A stretch of DNA of 64,000 nt from an uncultured Gammaproteobacteria bacterium (GTDB taxonomy: Bacteria > Pseudomonadota > Gammaproteobacteria > Steroidobacterales > Rariloculaceae), in NCBI GenBank assembly GCA_963817615.1, contig CAWFPH010000002.1:1539274-1603273 (forward strand). The letters run 5' to 3'. The notes under the pieces were generated by a model. The model made no database searches and was not told the DNA's origin. It was given only the letters and a program-made list of their open reading frames with translations. The position numbers were made by a program, and so were the translations under genes. How positions within the stretch are numbered: position 1 is the stretch's first letter; every line of letters starts with the position of its first letter. Below, one piece after another: positions 54,487 through 64,000 of this stretch.

Positions 54487-54882
54487 TTACGGCCGCGCCA
54501 CGGAGTTCGGACACTGCAAGACTCGGTCGTCCGGCAGCGTCACCTTCTCGCAGTGCCCGCCGATGCTCCCGTCCCTGAGCGGCCAGTACTCCACGGCGAT
54601 CTTGTCTCCGGCCTTCAGCACGTCTTTGTTCCAACCGAAGCCTTGCAGAACCGACGGTGAGCCGTTCTCGAACCCCCAGAGGTCGTACGTGCCCGGCTTG
54701 TTTCGGTTCGGCACGTATACCCAGAGGAAGGCGTGCGGATTCTTCCACTCGAGCTTGGCCACTGAGCCGGTCACGGTCTTCGTGCCCGCCGTATCGAACA
54801 TTGCGTACGAGTGGTGCGCCCACGCCGCGCCGCTCGAGGCGACCAGGAATGCGCCAAAGAGGGCCTGTCGACCGCTTCTCAT
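54487..54882 (-). CDS. DUF6152 family secreted protein
   Basis: ATG at 54882. The sequence is MRSGRQALFGAFLVASSGAAWAHHSYAMFD...VAKLEWKNPHAFLWV...LKAGDKIAV. It lies 4 nt upstream of 53649-54482 on the same strand. Confidence 0.75.
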   Translation of the reverse strand: MRSGRQALFGAFLVASSGAAWAHHSYAMFDTAGTKTVTGSVAKLEWKNPHAFLWVYVPNRNKPGTYDLWGFENGSPSVLQGFGWNKDVLKAGDKIAVEYWPLRDGSIGGHCEKVTLPDDRVLQCPNSVARP

Positions 54883-55151
54883 ACGCGCTTCCTTTCCTGA
54901 CGCGGAGAATGTACCGGGACCCGGCTGATTCTCTGCAAAAGTCGAGCGATAGGCAACGGCTTTTGGCGTCCACGTCGCGCCGAGTGTTTCAGTCGCGACG
55001 CCGTCCGGCTCGGCGGCGGCGGGTGACTCGCGGCGCCCACCGCTTCGCAATCCGCGGTGGCCGCGGTGCGGTACCGCACCGACGGCTGCCGCGCGTTCCG
55101 CCACGCTGAGCCCATGCCTCAAGCAGGCCGAGTGAGTCCAAGGAGGACTTC

Positions 55152-55571
55152 ATGAAAGCGATATTGATCGGATGCGCGGCCATGCTCGCCGCGACTAGCG
55201 CCTTCGCGTACAAGCCGGCGACGGAGCAGGAGTTCAGCCAAGTCGCGTCCGAAGGATGCAAGAATCGGGACGGCGATTTCGTCGTTCGCGGCATGGTCAG
55301 CAGTGCCAGCGAGAATACGCTGGTGCTTTCGGACCCGACGAGCTCGAGTAGCACTATATCGGTCACGCTTCCCGGCCGCGGCCCGCTGGCTCGAGCCAAG
55401 GGCTGGTTCGGCAGAAACAAGTACGAGGCGAGCGAGCAGCGCTTGAACGAGCTTCGTGAGAGTCGCACAGCCGTCGTCGTGACATTGAAGTGCAAAGGCA
55501 ATGCGACGCCGGTCGCTCGCAACATCAGCTACTTCAATTCGGACGGATCGCGCGCGTCGATTTCGTTCTAG
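55152..55571 (+). CDS. secreted hypothetical protein
   Basis: ATG follows AAGGAGGACTTC. The signal peptide is GCAAMLAATSAFA. Product is 139 aa, no family recognised. Confidence 0.6.
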   Translation: MKAILIGCAAMLAATSAFAYKPATEQEFSQVASEGCKNRDGDFVVRGMVSSASENTLVLSDPTSSSSTISVTLPGRGPLARAKGWFGRNKYEASEQRLNELRESRTAVVVTLKCKGNATPVARNISYFNSDGSRASISF

Positions 55572-55906
55572 TCTCGACGCGGCGCGCGGCTGGGCGCCCA
55601 CGGGGTTGTCCGCCGCACGGCCCGCGATGCCTTGCACCGAGGCCTTGGCCCTGATCGCTCCGACGCGTGCGCTCGGCGCGGGGCTCGGCCGGTATCGCGG
55701 TCGCCGCAGCGCAGCGTCGTACGTCGTGCTCGGCCTCGCGCCGGCACGCGGGTATGATAATCGTGCTCACGCAAGACGCGCTCGATTGAGCGCTCGTCGC
55801 GTGGCAGCCTGACTTCCCGTCGCGGCGGCCGCCGCCGCTTAGGTTCTCGCGCTCGCGGCTGGGACTTGGGCAGCGCGGCGTCGCGAAAGCGGTCGAGGCT
55901 TTCGGG

Positions 55907-56290
55907 ATGGCGGAACAACGAACGGAGCAAATCAGCACCGTGGCGAAACATCGCATCTACACGACGAGCTTCGCAAGTGTCTATCCGCACTACGTCAACA
56001 AGGCGGAGAAGAAAGGACGCACGAAAGCAGAAGTCGATGAGGTCGTTCGCTGGCTGACGGGCTATAGCCAGAGCGAGTTGGAAGCCGAGCTCGAAAAGCG
56101 AACGGACTTCGAGACGTTCTTCGCCGAAGCGCCTCGCCTGAATCCTTCACGAGCTTTGATCAAAGGCGTGATCTGCGGTGTGCGAGTGGAAGAAATCGAA
56201 GAGCCGACCATGCGCGAAATTCGCTACCTGGACAAGCTGATCGACGAGCTCGCCAAGGGCAAGGCGATGGAAAAGATTCTGCGGAAGTAG
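55907..56290 (+). CDS. DUF2200 domain protein
   Basis: [40 protein letters not shown] matches DUF2200 from memory. The true start may be GTG at 55940. Confidence 0.75.
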   Translation: MAEQRTEQISTVAKHRIYTTSFASVYPHYVNKAEKKGRTKAEVDEVVRWLTGYSQSELEAELEKRTDFETFFAEAPRLNPSRALIKGVICGVRVEEIEEPTMREIRYLDKLIDELAKGKAMEKILRK

Positions 56291-56423
56291 CGCGATTCGG
56301 TGCGCTGCGGCCCTATGCGGACGGTGCGAGCATGCGGCTGCCCGGTGCGATGTGGCAGCGCACCCGATCGATGGACCGCCGCTGCCGTCGAGCTGTCGCG
56401 CGCGCCGATCCGATTGCGCCGAG

Positions 56424-57155
56424 CTAGGCGGGACTTTCGTTGCGCAGAGGGAGGTCTGCGACGAGTACGTCTTCGCCGTGGGGTGGCGCGCGCGCGAGTA
56501 AGGCGCCGGCGGACGACCAGATCGCGCTGCCGCCGGCAGACTCGCAGGCGCCGGTCGGCGCTCCATAGTTCGCCATCAATACCGCCATCCTGTGTTCCGC
56601 GGCATATCGTGCGAGCAGCGCTGTATCGCGCGCATAGCCTTCGGGCGTGATGAAGCAGCTCGCCGCGTAGATGTCGGCACCCTCGCTCGCCGCCGTTCGT
56701 GCATGCTCCGGATGCGTAATGTCCGCGCAGATCGCGATGCAGAGAATATTTCCTTCGACGACCAGAGGCGCGCCGCCCGGCCCGCAGATGAACGCATTCT
56801 CTTCGCCTGCATGAAGAAATTGCTTCGAGTGCGTCGAAGGGCTGCGAAAAGGCTCAAAGCACAAAGCGCCGATCTCGAGGCCATGCGTGGCTTGCAGCGG
56901 AGCGCCTGCGACGAGCGTGATGCGGCGCGTGTCCGAGATGCTCTGTAATGGCTGCAGACGTGGATCACTCGGAGCAAGCGCGTCGGCCCGAGTCAGGCCG
57001 CGGTCGTAGCCGGTGAGCGAAAGCTCCGGGAAGACGGCCAACCTTGCGCCGCGATCGGCCGCGCGCGCTGCTAAGCGAACGTGATCTTCGACGCTCCTGC
57101 CTACGTCGCCCGGGCGCGCGACGGACTGGATCACGGCTACCGAAATGCGTGCCAT
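56424..57155 (-). CDS. carbon-nitrogen hydrolase (nitrilase superfamily) protein
   Basis: The Glu-Lys-Cys triad context is LAVFPELSLTGY ... HSKQFL ... ICIAICADI. Confidence 0.8.
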   Translation of the reverse strand: MARISVAVIQSVARPGDVGRSVEDHVRLAARAADRGARLAVFPELSLTGYDRGLTRADALAPSDPRLQPLQSISDTRRITLVAGAPLQATHGLEIGALCFEPFRSPSTHSKQFLHAGEENAFICGPGGAPLVVEGNILCIAICADITHPEHARTAASEGADIYAASCFITPEGYARDTALLARYAAEHRMAVLMANYGAPTGACESAGGSAIWSSAGALLARAPPHGEDVLVADLPLRNESPA

Positions 57156-57254
57156 CGTTGGAAGTCGCCCGTCGTCACGTTGTCGCCCACGAGGAACGGT
57201 TCGCCGGCCGTCGGGGCGATCCGAAGACCGCCCCGACGAGTGTGCCGGCGCCGG

Positions 57255-57638
57255 CTACCGTCCCGCGACCAGATGGTCGCGATCCAATCCGGCGACTTTC
57301 TCGAGATCGATTCCGGCCGCTTTGGCGACTTGGTCGAGCGCGCCTTTGATCGCCGCGGCGACGCACGGTTGCACGTACTCGCGCTGATCCTTGAGGTGAG
57401 CCACACCCTTCTCGCCACTGACCGTCGCCGAGCAGATGCTCTGCGCCGCCTCCGCGATACGCCTGTACGCCTCTTGCGCGCCGGCTTGCGAGGAGAGGTT
57501 GAGCGGCCTCACGTCGATGGTCCGAGTCAGCGCTTCGTCGTTGAGCCACCGGTCCGCGAGCGCCCCCTGTGATACGACGAGTCCCGCGATCAGAGCAGCG
57601 ACCCCAGTGCGCAGTCCATTCGTTCGTCCAAGATGCAT
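57255..57638 (-). CDS. UrcA family protein
   Basis: It has a signal-like N-terminus. LNLSSQAGAQEAYRRIAEAAQSIC is the UrcA pattern (DL.t..Ga..ly.Ri..AA..vC). Confidence 0.7.
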   Translation of the reverse strand: MHLGRTNGLRTGVAALIAGLVVSQGALADRWLNDEALTRTIDVRPLNLSSQAGAQEAYRRIAEAAQSICSATVSGEKGVAHLKDQREYVQPCVAAAIKGALDQVAKAAGIDLEKVAGLDRDHLVAGR

Positions 57639-58088
57639 GACGTAATCTCCTTTTAAAGCAATCGTCGTTTCGGACGCTCCCCGATCGCCGTCGGGCCCCT
57701 AGAGCAATATCCGTGCCGAGTTCAGAAACATTTCTGAGTCAATGGATTAGCGAGCGTGGCGTCGATCGAGCCGTGTCGAGTTCGGAACACCATTGGCCGG
57801 AAATGAAACGAATTGGCGATTCACGCCAATTCGCTCCGACTGTCCGCGCTCACGCCCTTTCGAGGGAGCCGGCGTCTCAACCCGACGGATTGACGAGCGG
57901 GCGATGCGAAGTGCCGCTCGAGAGCAGCCGGCCGCGCTCGGCGTTTCGCCCGCGACACACGCCGGCTCAGGCACGCCGCGCCGGCGCGGCCGAAAGCGTG
58001 CGCGTTCCGCGGCTCGGAAATAACACTCATACTGCGCGGCGGTGACTAGGTTCCGGGCGGGGCTTTACCGACAGAAGGAGGGTGCAAG

Positions 58089-58922
58089 ATGAGTGGCTCG
58101 AATCCGACGCTCGCGAAGCTGGCGATGGCGGCGGCGCTGTGCGCGGCTTCGTTCGCTGCGAGCGCCGAAACCGCGTTCATTACCGGCGCGAACTCGGGGC
58201 TGGGACTCGAGTTCACGAAGCAGTACGCGGCCAAGGGTTGGACCGTGATCGCCACGCATCGCAGACACGAGACGCCGGCGACTCTGACCGAGGTCGTCGC
58301 GAAGTATCCGAAGGTGCGCGTCGAGACGCTCGACGTCACCAACGTCGAGCAGGCGCAAGCCCTCGCTGCGAAGCTCGCGGACGTGCCGATCGACGTGCTC
58401 ATCAACAACGCCGGCGTGTACAACGACCGCAGCGGCTGCGCTGCCGATGACGAAGAATGTCCGGGCAGCTACAAGACTCAGACCTTCGGCCAGCTGGACT
58501 TCAAGCTTCTCGACACGATCATGGCCGTGAACATCAAAGGGCCGTTGATCGTGTCGCAAGCGTTCTATCCGAACGTGAAGGCGAGCTCGCTCAAGAAGAT
58601 CGTGGCGATCAGCTCGAGCAACGGCACGATCACGGGCGAGCTGCCGCACCCGTGGCCCGGCGCCACGTTCTATCGCATGAGCAAGGCCGCGTTGAACCGC
58701 GAGATGCAGATCGTGGCGTCGACCGTGAAAGACGACGGCGTCACCGTCGTGATCCTGAACCCCGGCCCCACCCTCACCGAGCATCAAGAGTACTTGCGGG
58801 GCAACCCGATCATGCTCGAGATGTCGTTCACGGTCGAAAACATGATCGACACGATCGCGAAGACCAAGCTCGAGGACACCGGGCAATTCTGGCGCTACGA
58901 CGGCGTGCCGGAGAAATGGTGA
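58089..58922 (+). CDS. secreted short-chain dehydrogenase/reductase (SDR)
   Basis: ATG follows GAAGGAGGG. It has a signal-like N-terminus, the cofactor motif ITGANSGLG, NNAG, and the catalytic YRMSKAA. Confidence 0.85.
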   Translation: MSGSNPTLAKLAMAAALCAASFAASAETAFITGANSGLGLEFTKQYAAKGWTVIATHRRHETPATLTEVVAKYPKVRVETLDVTNVEQAQALAAKLADVPIDVLINNAGVYNDRSGCAADDEECPGSYKTQTFGQLDFKLLDTIMAVNIKGPLIVSQAFYPNVKASSLKKIVAISSSNGTITGELPHPWPGATFYRMSKAALNREMQIVASTVKDDGVTVVILNPGPTLTEHQEYLRGNPIMLEMSFTVENMIDTIAKTKLEDTGQFWRYDGVPEKW

Positions 58923-59428
58923 AGGCTGCGCCGAAATCCAAGTACCGCGCCGCGGCGGCCGCAGCGCTGCTCGGTCTCGTGGTCGCTGCGCCGTTCGCCG
59001 AGCGCGCGAGCGCTCAAGCGCAGTCCGCGGGCGGCGAGGAAGCCGCAATCGGCGAGTTCAACCGGCGGTACTTGAAGGCAATCAACGACGGCGACATCGA
59101 GGCGCTCGCCGCGTTGACCGACGAAGGGCACATGATGATCGCGTCGGGCGGCCCGCCGCTCGTCGGCAAGAAGGCTCTCGTCGACGCGATGACGCGCGCA
59201 TTTCGGACCACCAAGTTCGACGAGTCGTGGACGCCGCAGGAGACCGTCGTGTCCGGCGACCTCGCGTATCAGCGCGGCACGTTCGTCGTCATCAGCAAGC
59301 CGAAGGCCGGCGGCGAGGAATCGCGTGTCGCCGGCAACTTTCTGCGCATCTACCGCAAGATCGGCGGCGCATGGTTCATGGTGCGCGACTCGTTCAACAG
59401 CCAGCCTACGCGCGACGTCCGACCGTAA
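58916..59428 (+). CDS. secreted SnoaL-like/DUF4440 (NTF2-fold) protein
   Basis: The ATG at 58916 overlaps the SDR stop (ATGGTGA). It has a signal peptide, followed by IGEFNRRYLKAINDGDIEALAALTDEG ... GAWFMVRDSFN. Confidence 0.75.
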   Translation: MVKAAPKSKYRAAAAAALLGLVVAAPFAERASAQAQSAGGEEAAIGEFNRRYLKAINDGDIEALAALTDEGHMMIASGGPPLVGKKALVDAMTRAFRTTKFDESWTPQETVVSGDLAYQRGTFVVISKPKAGGEESRVAGNFLRIYRKIGGAWFMVRDSFNSQPTRDVRP

Positions 59429-59566
59429 CCTGCGCCGCAGTGCGCATGCGGTCGGATGAGCGGCGACGCGCCCCCCAGTGCGAAAGAGCGCAGGGATCCC
59501 GCAGTTGGGACGTCCCAATGCGGCCCCGCGACAACTTCGGGGCCCCGCCGTCGGCGCGTGCGCGGA

Positions 59567-59613
59567 CATCGGTGACAAATCAAGGAGTTGCTTGCCGCCC
59601 AACACTGGCACGA
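59567..59613 (+). other. conserved element upstream of an ADOP gene (copy B)
   Basis: AAATCAAGGAGTTGCTTGCCGCCCAACACTGGCACGAATGTCGCAAA, about 55 nt before the ADOP start at 59666. It is homologous to 29087-29133 (minus strand). Confidence 0.45.
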
Positions 59614-59665
59614 ATGTCGCAAATCACGAAGCCGGGGCGGCCGACCGGCCGGGAGATTCGTCTAC

Positions 59666-62174
59666 ATGAATACGATCGGCTTTCTGGAGTCCGTCGGTCG
59701 CGATCTGAGCCACGCGCTGCGCGGCTTGCCGCGGCGTCCGGCGTTCACCGTCGCCGCAGTGCTCACGCTCGCGCTCGGCATCGGTGCCACGACGGCGATC
59801 TTCAGCGTCGTCTACTCGGTGCTTTTGAAGCCGCTGCCGTTTCCGAACGCCGCCGAGCTCGTGCGGATCCGCCACCCGGCGGCCGGCCTCGGCGCGCCCG
59901 ATCTCGGCTCGTCGCCGAGCCTCTACTTCACGTACCGGAAAGAGGGCCGCGCGTTCACCGACATCGGCTTGTGGGGCGACGGCGGCGAAACGCTGACGAG
60001 CGGCGGCGAGACGCTGCGGATACGCTCGCTTCGCGTTTCATACGGAGTGCTTCAGGCGCTCGGCGTGCAGCCGCTGCGCGGCCGCTGGTTCACGGAGCAA
60101 GAGCACGGGCCCTCCGCGGAGGGGCCGGCACCCGTGATCCTGTCGTATGCGTTTTGGCGCAGCCGATTCGCCGGCGAGGCGTCGGCGCTCGGGCGGGAGC
60201 TCGTCGTCAACGGGCGGCAGGCGCAAGTCGTCGGCATCATGCCGCGGGATTTCCGTTTCCTCGCGCTCACGCCGCAGCCCGACATCATCGTGGCGCTGCA
60301 GTTCGATCCCGCGCGAGCATCGATCACGAGCTTCACGGGCTATAACGCGCTTGCGCGACTGAAGCCCGGCGTCACGCCGGAGGAGGCGCGTGCCGACCTC
60401 GAGCGCCTGCTGCCGATCTGGCGAAACGCATGGCCGACGGCGCAGGGCCTGACGCGCGAGGCCGTCGAGAAATGGCGAATCGCGCCGGGGGTGCGGCCGT
60501 TGAAGGACGATCTCGTCGGCGGCATTGCGAGCACGCTGTGGGTGCTGATGGGCGCCATCGGCGCGGTGCTGCTCGTGGCCTGCGCGAACATCGCGAATCT
60601 AATGCTCGTGCGTGCGGACGCGCGGCGGCAGGAGCTCGCCGTGCGCGCGGCGCTCGGCGCCGTGCCGGCGCGACTCGCACGCGAGCTGCTCATCGAGAGT
60701 TTCGTGATTGCGGCGCTCGGTGGCGTGCTCGGCTTGGCGCTCGCCTACGCGGGCATCGAGCTGCTGGTATCGCTCGGTCCGCGCAACCTCCCGCGGCTCG
60801 ACGAGATCGCCGTGCATCCGCCCGTGCTGCTGTTCACGGCAAGCATGGCGCTCGTCTCCACGCTGCTGTTCGGCTCGATCACGGCTTTCAAGCACGCGGT
60901 GCACGTCGACTCGGGCGCGCTCGGGGCCGCGCGCGGCGCGAGCGCGGGCCGCGACCGCGCTCGCGCGCGCAACACGCTCGTCGTGGTGCAGGTGGCGCTC
61001 GCGCTCGTGCTGGTGGTGAGCGCCGTGCTGATGATTCGCACGTTCGAGGCATTGCAAAGCGTCGATGCAGGCTTCGTGGACCCCGGCACCATTCAAACGG
61101 TGCGCACCTGGGCGCCGAACGAGCTGCTGCGCGACCCGAAGGGTTACACGCGCGTGCAGCACGAGATCCAGGACGCGATCGCGAAGCTGCCGGGCGTGCG
61201 AGCCGTGGGCTTCACGAGCACGCTGCCGATGGAGGGGGCGCCCTTCACGATCGAGGGGCCGGTGGCGGTCGAAGGCCAGCCTCTCGCGGGCGGCGCTACG
61301 CCGCCGTCGCGCCGGATGAAGTTCGTGTCGCCCGGCTACTTTCAGGCCATGGGCACGCGGATCATCGCGGGCCGCGACTTCACGTGGGCCGACGTCGACG
61401 CCGGCGGCCGCGTCGCGCTGATCTCGGAGGAGCTCGCCCGCGAGATCGCGGCGCAGCCCGCGGCGGCGCTCGGCATGCGGATCCGCACGTCGGCGCCGAC
61501 GGACGACTGGCGCGAGGTCATCGGCGTGGTGCAAGGCTTGAAGGACGACTCGTTGTACGCGGACGCGCCGACGCTCGTCTACTGGCCGATGCTCATGGAG
61601 AACGCGTTCGGCGGCCCGCTGACCGCGATTCCGCCCGTCGCGTACGTGATTCGCAGCGATCGCGCGGGCACGGCCGGCCTCGTCACGGAGATTCGCAGCG
61701 CGGTCTGGTCGGTGAGCACGAGCGTGCCGATCGCGCTCGAGCGCACGATGGAGACGCTATACGCCGGCTCGCTTGCGCGCACGTCGTTCACGCTCGTGAT
61801 GCTCGCGATCGCGGGCGGCATGGCGCTCGCGCTCGGGCTGCATCGGCATCTACGGCGTGATCGCGTACGTCGTCTCGCAACGGACGCGCGAGATCGGCAT
61901 CCGGCTGGCGCTCGGCGCGCAGCAGCGCGAGGTCAGCAGGATGTTCTTGCGCCACGGCCTGATGCTCGCGGGGTTGGGACTGGGCATCGGCCTCGTCGCG
62001 GCGGTCGCGGTGACGCGGCTACTCGCTTCACTGCTGTACGGCGTCGGCCCCACCGATCCGGTGGCCTACGCGGTGGCGCTCGGGGTCATCCTCGTGGCCG
62101 CCGCGCTCGCGAGCTATTGGCCGGCGCGGCGGGCGGCGGCGATCGATCCGGTGGACACGCTTCGCGCCGACTAA
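59666..62174 (+). pseudogene. ADOP-type duplicated ABC permease with a +1 frameshift at about 61841
   Basis: It starts MNTIGFLESVGRDLSHALRGLPRRPAFTVAAVLTLALGIGATTAIFS. At CTG-C-ATCGGCATCTACGGCGTG one extra base breaks ...[33 protein letters not shown]. The true C-terminus (…YWPARRAAAIDPVDTLRAD*) continues in the frame of track ORF 61857-62174. The 1072-aa track ORF is read-through junk after the shift. Confidence 0.85.
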
Positions 62175-62312
62175 TTCCACTTGCGATCCGCGAAGGGTCC
62201 GGCAACGTCGGCTCGGCGCGTTGTGCACTCGAGCGCATGACGAGATGGATAGGATCGATCGATTTCGGCGTCGTTGAGCCCGAAGAACGCGCCTTAGCAT
62301 TAGGATTGCGTC

Positions 62313-63083
62313 ATGGATCCGAATTCCCGCGAGGCCCTGTCTCGGCGGCGGGATGCGGCATCGCTGACGTGGCGCGGCCCTGCACTGATGCTGTTTGCGC
62401 GTACGGCTTGTGCGGTGGGAGCGCAAGCGCTCGTCGCGGGCGTCTTCGCCCTCAGAGCATCGCCGACGCCATGGCGCGACGCCGAGCCGTGGCTGCCGGT
62501 CTACGGAACACTGATCGACGCCGGATGCCTGGCGCTGCTGTGGCGGCTCACGCGCAGCGAGGGGATCCGCCTGTTCGACCTTGTCGGCTTCGAGCGGACG
62601 CGGTTGGGCCGCGATACGCTGCTCGGGCTCGCGCTCGTGCCTGCGAGCCTCGTCTTCATTCTCGGCGGCGTCTATGGGTCGGGCTGGCTCGTGTACGGGA
62701 CGCTCTCCCCGCCGTACCTCTTCGGGTCACTGCCCTTGCCGGCCGCTCTCTATGGCGTGCTGGTGTTTCCGTTCCTCTGGGGGCTGACGGAGCAGATGAC
62801 CTATAACGGCTACTTGGTATCTCGCTTTCAGGTGCTGAGCCGGAGCACGGGACTGGCGATCGTATCGGTGGCTTTCGTTTGGTCGCTGCAGCACGCCTTC
62901 ATGCCGTTGACCTTCGACGCGCGGTTCATGGCCTTTCGCCTGTTGTCGTCGGTGCCCAATTCGGTCTTCCAGACGCTTTTGTATCTGCGCCTGCGCCGGC
63001 TGCTGCCGCTCGCGATCGCGCACGCCCTGTTGGACGGCGCGAGCGTGCTGATCGGGGTGCTGCTGCCGTTGCTGCGGGCATGA
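62313..63083 (+). CDS. CPBP family intramembrane metalloprotease (Abi/CAAX-protease-like)
   Basis: It is multi-TM. The motifs are TEQMTYNG (a degenerate EExxxR), WSLQHAF (FxxxH) and IAHALLDG (HxxxD/N). Confidence 0.6.
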   Translation: MDPNSREALSRRRDAASLTWRGPALMLFARTACAVGAQALVAGVFALRASPTPWRDAEPWLPVYGTLIDAGCLALLWRLTRSEGIRLFDLVGFERTRLGRDTLLGLALVPASLVFILGGVYGSGWLVYGTLSPPYLFGSLPLPAALYGVLVFPFLWGLTEQMTYNGYLVSRFQVLSRSTGLAIVSVAFVWSLQHAFMPLTFDARFMAFRLLSSVPNSVFQTLLYLRLRRLLPLAIAHALLDGASVLIGVLLPLLRA

Positions 63084-63177
63084 TGGGCACCGCTGTCGCA
63101 TGAATCGCGCCGGGGGTTGCTGCTGCGGTCGCGCACCTCGAGTGCCGCGGGCGCGCAGCCGGCATATCATTCGGCCC

Positions 63178-64000
63178 ATGACAACGATCGATCGATTTCG
63201 CCCATGGGTGTGCGCGGCCGCCCTCGCGCTGCTCTGGCTCAGCCACAGTGCCGGCGCCGGCGCTCAGGAATCCCGCCTGCACGCCCCCGAGTTCAAGGTG
63301 GATCCCGCCTGGCCGGTGATTCCGAACCACTGGGTGCTCGGCGAGGTGACGTCGGTTTCGGTCGACAGCAAAGACAACGTCTGGGTGCTGCACGTGCCGC
63401 AGTCGGTTCCCGAGGCGCAGCGCGCCAACGCCGCGCCGCCCGTGCTCGAGTTCGACGCCGCCGGCAAGCTCGTGGCGAGCTGGGGCGGCCCCGGCGAAGG
63501 CTTCGAGTGGCCGGGCCGCGAGCACGGCATCTTCGTGGACGCGAACGACTTCGTTTGGATCGGCGGCCGCGCCGGCTGGCCGCGGCCCACCGCGCCCGGC
63601 TTGAGCGACGACATGATCCTGAAGTTCACGGCCGCCGGACAGTTCGTCATGCAGATCGGCCATCGCGGCCAGAGCACCGGGAATCTCGACACCGTGGACG
63701 TCCATCAGGCCACGGACGTCTTCGTCGACACGAAGGCCAAAGAGGTCTATGCCGCCGATGGCTACGGCAACAATCGCGTGATCGTCTTCGACTCCGAGAC
63801 AGGGAAATTCAAGCGGATGTGGGGCGCGTTCGGCGAGCCGCCGCCGCCCACCTTCGCGCCCAACGTCCCCACGCCGCAGCCGCAGACGACGCCGGACGGA
63901 CCCCCTGAGTTCGGCTTGCCGCACGCCGTCAAGGTCTCGCGCGACGGCGTCGTCTACGTCGCGGACCGGATCAACAACCGCATTCAGCTGTTCACGCGCG
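63178..64000 (+). CDS. secreted NHL-repeat beta-propeller protein (partial, runs off the right edge)
   Basis: Not in the ORF track because no stop lies in the window. ATG at 63178 and the signal peptide AALALLWLSHSAGAGAQ. The sequence includes DNVWVLH, EVYAADGYGNNRVIVFD and VVYVADRINNRIQLF, which are NHL-type repeats. It is open to base 64000. Confidence 0.75.
   Translation, partial: MTTIDRFRPWVCAAALALLWLSHSAGAGAQESRLHAPEFKVDPAWPVIPNHWVLGEVTSVSVDSKDNVWVLHVPQSVPEAQRANAAPPVLEFDAAGKLVASWGGPGEGFEWPGREHGIFVDANDFVWIGGRAGWPRPTAPGLSDDMILKFTAAGQFVMQIGHRGQSTGNLDTVDVHQATDVFVDTKAKEVYAADGYGNNRVIVFDSETGKFKRMWGAFGEPPPPTFAPNVPTPQPQTTPDGPPEFGLPHAVKVSRDGVVYVADRINNRIQLFTR

Noticed and set aside
57721-57833. 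Perfect inverted repeats: TCAGAAA-ca-TTTCTGA (57721-57736) and CGAATTGGCG-attca-CGCCAATTCG (57809-57833) in the urcA/SDR intergenic region. Also the 14-15-bp perfect palindromes TTGGGACGTCCCAA (59505-59518) and GGACGCGTCGCGTCC (29141-29155).
   Set aside because: A rough calculation for this base composition gives several perfect 14-bp palindromes, and about one or two 10-bp-arm hairpins, per 64 kb by chance. They may be operators, but on their own they are not statistically remarkable.
1-64000. Searched by eye for tRNA T-loop/acceptor patterns, rRNA, CRISPR repeat-spacer periodicity, IS terminal inverted repeats, and transposase, integrase or recombinase motifs
   Set aside because: None found. 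Small or degenerate elements could be missed without tRNAscan, Infernal, ISfinder or CRISPR tools.

Overview
High-GC (mostly about 65-78% per 60-nt line) bacterial chromosomal DNA, probably from a Gram-negative soil or water organism. This is suggested by a TonB-dependent receptor, UrcA, DUF6152, a LuxR-type regulator and ADOP-type duplicated permeases. I found no rRNA, tRNA, CRISPR array, transposase or integrase. About 55 credible protein genes are present, and many encode secreted or periplasmic proteins: SnoaL/NTF2-like, VOC/glyoxalase, histidine phosphatases, an amidase, an alpha/beta hydrolase, CapA, SDR and NHL. There are also regulators (MerR/TipA-like, AraC, a LuxR solo, CadC-like wHTH fused to a TolB propeller), an aromatic-acid-type MFS transporter, a GcvT/LigM-like aminomethyltransferase and three orphan ADOP permeases. 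Many long ORFs in the supplied track are Arg/Ala/Gly-rich antisense shadows of real genes and were discarded. Three real features are missing from the track: partial genes at both window edges and a 28-codon sORF. The most unusual region is 14.5-20.1 kb. It is a mosaic accessory island containing a low-GC 479-aa protein with a RecB-like PD-(D/E)xK plus QxxxY nuclease signature, a DUF4143 ATPase, a vapBC pair with a frameshifted toxin, and an overlapping small-ORF/nucleotidyltransferase pair. Two roughly 97%-identical scraps of genes that lie intact elsewhere in the window are also embedded in it. Other candidates are listed below.
- A tightly packed five-gene cluster (TonB receptor, Tat-MBL, di-CxxCH DUF1592, DUF1552, periplasmic ankyrin).
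- A DUF6152 module present both fused and split.
- A LuxR solo with duplicated AT-rich palindromic boxes around a pirin-like gene.
- A conserved element upstream of two ADOP genes.
- Several pseudogenes.
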